From NCBI GenBank assembly GCA_002269645.1, contig NIVC01001143.1:186001-250000 (forward strand): a DNA stretch of 64,000 nt, in the 5' to 3' direction. A model generated the notes under the pieces. That model had not been told where the DNA came from and did not search any database. It worked only from the letters and a program-made list of their open reading frames with translations. The DNA comes from Macrostomum lignano. Lineage: Eukaryota. A program made the position numbers and the translations under genes. Shown piece by piece: positions 58,847-64,000 of this stretch (within the stretch, counting starts at the first letter, position 1; each line of letters begins with the position of its first letter).

Positions 58847-61502
58847 TCAACTGTTTTTACCGGCGGCAGCTTTGAGAGCCGCGGGCAGGCAGGTGTAGCT
58901 GGCCAGCCGCTCGCGGTGCGCCCGGTCCTGCACCCCGATGCGCTGCAGCTCCGCGTCCGTCAGGCCCTGCGCCTGCGACACGGTGGCCACGCCGGCCGCC
59001 TCGAACAGCTGGGTGTACTGGCCGAGCTGCAGGCAGGCGAGCCACTCCGCCAGCGTCGCCGGCCGCGACAGCGTCTCGTACTCGATGGGCAGCGAGGCCG
59101 GCGCCGCCGCGCTCCGCTCCAAGCTGTCGGTGGCGCCAACGGTGATCGCGGAGGCGGTGGCGCCCGCGCTCATCTGGCGGCGCGGCACCTGCGGGCTGCT
59201 GCTAGCGCTGCCGCTGCCGCCGCCGCTGCCGCCGCCACTGCTGCCACCGCTGCGCTGCGAGTGGCTGCTCAGCGTCCGGCCACGTCGCTTCGGAGGCAGC
59301 GGTGGTGGCGCTTGACCCGACGCAGAGGCGGCAGCATCGCCGGCGGCAGCGGTGGCCGAGCGCATGGCGGCCGGCTTCACCACCTGGCTGCTGGTAGTCT
59401 TCTTGGGGTACAAATAGAGGTCACTGGCTCCCCCCGCGCGGCTCAAATGAGGCACCGCGGCTGCGGGAGCTGCGGCGCCGGCAGAGGCAGCGGACAGCGG
59501 CGTGTCGCGGGTGACGGTGGACGCGCTGTCGGTTGACGAGGTGGACGACGAAGATGACGGCGAGCGGCCGTCGCCACCGGCCGAAGCCGCGGCTGCTGAC
59601 GACGCCGCCCCGGGCGCCGGCACAGGCTCTTCGTCGCCTTCGTCGTCGTCCTCGGCGATGGCGCCGTCGCCCTCGCCAGGCCGCAGAGTGTCAGTATCCA
59701 TGGCAACCAGCTCGTAGGTGCGCGTCTTTGAGCGCCGCCTGGCCAGGGAGCTGCGCCACTGGTCGGTGCTGCCGGTGATGTTGCAGTGGGACAGCAGGCA
59801 GCCGCGCTCCTCGCCGTAGAGCGTCAGGTTGACGTCAACCGCCTGCGGCATGTCGGAGATGAGCGGCCGCAGCGAGACGATGCAGGCGCCGCAGGTCTCG
59901 TCAGTGTCGATGTTGCGAACCCGGACCAGCAGGTGGGCGTCCTCCAGGTACTCCGGGTCCTCGGTGCTGAGCTCCAGAGGCGGCAACACGTTCTGCCAGA
60001 CGGGGCAGATGTACGCGTCGGGGGCGGCCTTCCAGCAGCCGGTGCGCTCGAGATCCTCGCTGGGCAGGAAGTGCGTGTTGGGCGCCGAGTCGAAGCGGCC
60101 GCCGATGCAGGGCCCGTAGAAGTTGAGCTGGTAGCTGTGCCGGGCCGAGGCGCCGCGCAGCTTGGCGGTGACGAACTCGAAGCGCAGGCCGTTGCTGCAG
60201 TGCAGGCCGGCCGCGGCTATCGGGTTCTTGGGCGCGTACTCGCACACCACGCCGACGTAGTAGGAGGCGAACACCGGCTTGTGATCGGACACGTCCTGGT
60301 CCATCTGGCAGCCGTAGGAGGTGCACTGGATGAACAGGTGCGGCCGGCTGCAGGTGAGCACCCGGTCTGACCAGGACGGCAGGTGGACGCGCTGGTTGGC
60401 CGGGCCGCGCGGCACGCAGGTGGCCCACTGGTCCCGCTTGTGCTTCTCGTAGCGGTAGGTGGGCGGGAACAGGATCTCCTCTTCGGCTGCGGGTCAATTG
60501 GAGCACTTTATCATTTGTCTTTCGTCTTCTCAAGTTGTCAATCAAATCAAATCGTCAGTCAAATCAAATCATCAGTCAAATCAAATTAAATCAAATCATT
60601 AATCAAATCATCAATCAAATAAAATCGTCAGTCAAATCAAATCATCCATCAAATCAAATCATCAATCAAATCAAATCATCAATCAAATCAAATCATCAAT
60701 CAAATCAAAAAATCATCAATCAAATCAAATCATCAATCAAATCAAATCATCAATCAAATCAAGTCATCGATCAAATCAAATCATCAATCAAATCAAATTA
60801 TCAATCAAATCAAATCATATAATCAATCAAATCAAATCAAATCAAATAATCTATTAAATCAAATCATCTATCAAATTAAATCATCTATCAAATCAAATCA
60901 TCAATCAAATCAAACCATCAATCAATCAAATCATCAATCAAATTAAGCCATCAATCAAATCAAGCCATCAATCAAATCAAGCCATCAATCAAATCAAATC
61001 ATCAATCAAATCAAGCCATCAATCAAATCAAATCATCAACCAAATCAAGCCATCAATCAAATCAAATCATCAATCAAAACAAGCCATCAATCAAATCAAA
61101 TCATCAATCAAAACAAGCCATCAATCAAATCAAATCATCAATCAAATCAAGCCATCAATCAAATCAAGCCATCAATCAAATCAAGCCATCAATAAAATCA
61201 AGCCATCAATAAAATCAAGCCATCAATCAAATCAAATCATCAATCAAACCATCGAGCGCTCACCGAACTGCTGGAAGGCCTCCCTGGCCTTCCTGGCCGC
61301 GCTGAGCTGGTCCCGGCTGAGCAGGGAGCCGAAGCTGCGCAGCCTCAGCTTCTGCTCGATGCTTCCCAGGTTGCCCTCCAGGCGGCAGCTGAAGTCGCCC
61401 ATCCAGATCACGTGATCGAATTCGTGAGTCAAGTCGCAGTCGGGAAGGGTCCGCTCGCCCAGGTTGAGGCCCTTCAGCATCTCCTTGAGCAGGGGGTCGC
61501 GT
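58847..61502 (-). CDS. INPPL1: SHIP/INPPL1-like inositol polyphosphate 5-phosphatase, last two exons (phosphatase C-half, C2, Pro-rich, SAM)
   Basis: Exons 61264-61502 (THEFDHVIWMGDFSCRL...DQL) and 58847-60486 (EEEILFPPTYRY, LPSWSDRVL, SDHKPVFA, C2-like region, SAM LAEWLACLQLGQYTQLF...LQRIGV). No upstream exons found in the window. Confidence 0.87.
60535..61245. repeat. AATCA/ATCA low-complexity satellite
   Basis: Fills SHIP-like intron 60487-61263. Confidence 0.93.
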
Positions 61503-61554
61503 CTGCGGGATGCCAGCGGGATGGGGACGCGTGAGCAGCGGCGGCAGCATCTGC

Positions 61555-62005
61555 TGGTTGAGACTCGGAAATCTCACCCCCAACAGGTGAGACACGAAAA
61601 TCTCATCTCAAACAAGTGAGACTCGGAAATCTCACCCCCAACAGGTAAGACACGGAAATCTCACCCCCAACAGGTGAGACACGAAAATCTCATCTCAAAC
61701 AAGTGAGACTCGGAAATCTCACCCCCAACAGGTAAGACACGGAAATCTCGCCCCCTACAGGTGAGACATGGAAATCTCACCCCAACAGGTGAGACTCGGA
61801 AATCTCGCCCCCTACAGGTGAGACACGGAAATCTCACCCCAACAGGTGAGACACGGAAATCTCACCCCAACAGGTGAGACACGGAAATCTCGCCCCCTAC
61901 AGGTGAGACATGGAAATCTCACCCCAACAGGTGAGACTCGGAAATCTCACCCCAACAGGTGAGACACGGAAATCTCGCCCCCTACAGGTGAGACTCGGAA
62001 ATCTC
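61555..62005. repeat. 28/29-bp minisatellite (GAGACACGGAAATCTCACCCCAACAGGT)
   Basis: Visible array; the unit contains the hairpin TCTCACC/GGTGAGA. Confidence 0.93.
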
Positions 62006-63187
62006 AACCTGAATCAAAGCTTAGCGGCGCAGCATCTGTTGGCTCAACTTTGCCTACTCAAATTATTGCAATAAAGCTCTCTCTGATTTGGCTCAAGATT
62101 GGTGACCGATGGATGTTTGCTCACTACTCAACATTGCCGAGGCGAGCTAGGAGTGCAAGGCAAACTGCAGCTGGGGCGGGAGTCGGGTATTAGCTGGTTT
62201 CGTGCCTTCCACTCGCCTTTCTGCGCTGCCGACAGAAACTTACTGAAGCAAAGAGCGACTAGCTTCGTTTCTTAGAATTTTCTATTTTTAGAACATCTTA
62301 GGATAAAACCGTCAAGAATTTCTGAGAAACGAAAGGAAACGAATCCAATTCTTCTACTTCAGTCGCGGCTGCTTGAACCCTGTTTACCTGCGTCTCCCGT
62401 TTTTATTGAGACACAGTTACGCTTGTAGAAGGAAACAGTGCTGGGCCTGGCAGTGCTGCAGTAGGGCGGGATGCCTCTCTGTTCTTACTATTAACCCACA
62501 CAGGACCCATTCGCATTGATGCATTCACCCGCTGCGCTGCTGCTGGGGGGGGGGGGCAGCGTTCAGCATCTGCGCTTTGCGATTTTGAAGGTCAACCCAC
62601 TTTCACCTCATGGACTCCGCCAGGGACTTTATTTGATTACTCGGCCGAAATGCCGAATGCCCGCCGACCGAGGGGGGGGGGGTTTGGAAGCGCCCATAAA
62701 TCTGCCATTTCTGCTGGAGCCGCGAGTCCCAGGTAAGAAAATATGCCAAGCCCGCGACAGCTACTGCAAGTAGGGAAGAGGGGAAGGTGCTGCGGTCACT
62801 GATTGGAGGCCGCAGGTCTGGAAGCGCCGCGGCTGGATGCTGCAGCAGCCCCTGGAGCCCCTAAAACTGGCTGAAACTGCGAAGCTGGCACACCAGACAG
62901 GCCGGGGCGCACGGAGGCCAGTGCGCTGAAGAATCTCCCCAGACAGGGGAGGCCGCAGCTCGCCAGTTTATCGACCCGATGCGGACAGAGCGGGCGGGGG
63001 GATCGGCAGGGAGGCTGAAATCCCCGGGGACGAGGGGGAAATGCCGGGGCTGCTGGCCGGGCCGCACAAGCGCATAAGAAGCGGAGCTCGGCCAGGTAAA
63101 ACTCCCTGCACGCCAGCGAATCTCGCAACCCAAGCAGCCAGCTGCCGCTTCGTCATCCTCCCACGCACGCCAGCCAGTTCCTCTCGG

Positions 63188-63703
63188 ATGCCCGTGGGCC
63201 AGTCGGACACGATGTTGATGGAGCAGCAGCAGCAGCAGCAGCCGTTCTACCCGCAGCAGAACGGCTTCGCTGATGTGGACCCTGCGGCGGCGGCTGCGGC
63301 GGCTGCTGCGGCTGCTGCGGCGGCGGCCGCAGAACCAGCGGGCGAGATGCCGCGCTTCGTGAAGCAGCCGGAGCCGGCGGTGCGGGTGGACGAGGGCGAC
63401 TTCGCACACATGGAGTGCCGCCTGCAGCCGGCGGGCGACGGCTCCGTGCAGGCCGAGTGGTTCAAGGACGGCCGGCCGCTCACGGCGGGTGCGGGAGGGG
63501 GAGCGGTTTTCTAAGAAACAGCCTTTCCCAAGAGTGACAGGGCGGCTCTTTTTCCTCATTGCAGGCTCGCGGTTCTACAGCAGCTACGACCGCGGCTGCG
63601 TGCTGCTGGACATTCTGTACACCCACCCGGAGGACAGCGGGCAGTACGTCTGCGTCGCGCGCAACCGCTGGGGCTCGGAGCAGTCGCAGCCGCTGCAGCT
63701 CAC
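63188..63703 (+). CDS. Titin/kettin-like I-set Ig domain protein, first two apparent exons (63188 or 63211-63488; 63565-~63703)
   Basis: PRFVKQP...EGDFAHMECRLQPAGDGSVQAEWFKDGRPLTAG|SRF...VLLDILYTHPEDSGQYVCVARNRWG, phase-1 GT-AG intron; start codon and 3' donor uncertain. Confidence 0.8.
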
Positions 63704-63759
63704 GTGCGTTCGGCTTGGATTTAATGAGAGGCTGTGATCTCAGTGCAGCACTGCAGCAG

Positions 63760-64000
63760 TGCCCACTCAGTGTCTGAGCAGGCATAAGCGGTACCCACTC
63801 AGTATCTGAGCAGACAGAAGCGGTACCCACTCAGTGTCTGAGCAGATAGAAGCGGTACCCACTCAGTATCTGAGCAGACAGAAGCAATACCCACTCAGTG
63901 TCTGAGCAGGCATAAGCGGTACCCACTCAGTATCTGAGCAGACAGAAGCGGTACCCACTCAGTGTCTGAGCAGATAGAAGCGGTACCCACTCAGTATCTG
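63760..64000. repeat. 32-bp minisatellite (CAGTATCTGAGCAGACAGAAGCGGTACCCACT)
   Basis: Visible array running off the right edge. Confidence 0.9.

Overview
Eukaryotic, intron-rich animal DNA. GC-rich exons, introns filled with private minisatellites and a flatworm-type neuropeptide precursor suggest a free-living flatworm such as Macrostomum (inference). Hand-spliced gene models with splice phases checked: divergent G-protein beta subunit (-, runs off the left edge); 7-exon ankyrin-repeat protein ending in CaaX (-); intronless orphan ORF (-); RNF13/RNF167-type PA-TM-RING E3 (-); NOVA/pasilla 3-KH splicing factor (+, 5' exon not found); LMBRD2 (-); SPP-18/19-like GYHFFRL prohormone (-); RNF217-like RBR E3 (-); 3' part of a SHIP-like inositol 5-phosphatase with SAM domain (-); start of a titin/kettin-like Ig gene (+). 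Also a dead mariner, a maT/Tc1-like relic, several MITEs (one nested), a probable solo LTR and about 20 tandem arrays. Most notable: a UCAUUCAC (tandem YCAY, the NOVA-binding motif) minisatellite fills a GC-AG intron of the NOVA gene itself; catalytic-motif substitutions in the SHIP-like and RNF217-like enzymes; and CpG-decay signatures between paired TIRs in the large AT-rich block. Long ORFs over the tandem arrays are artefacts.
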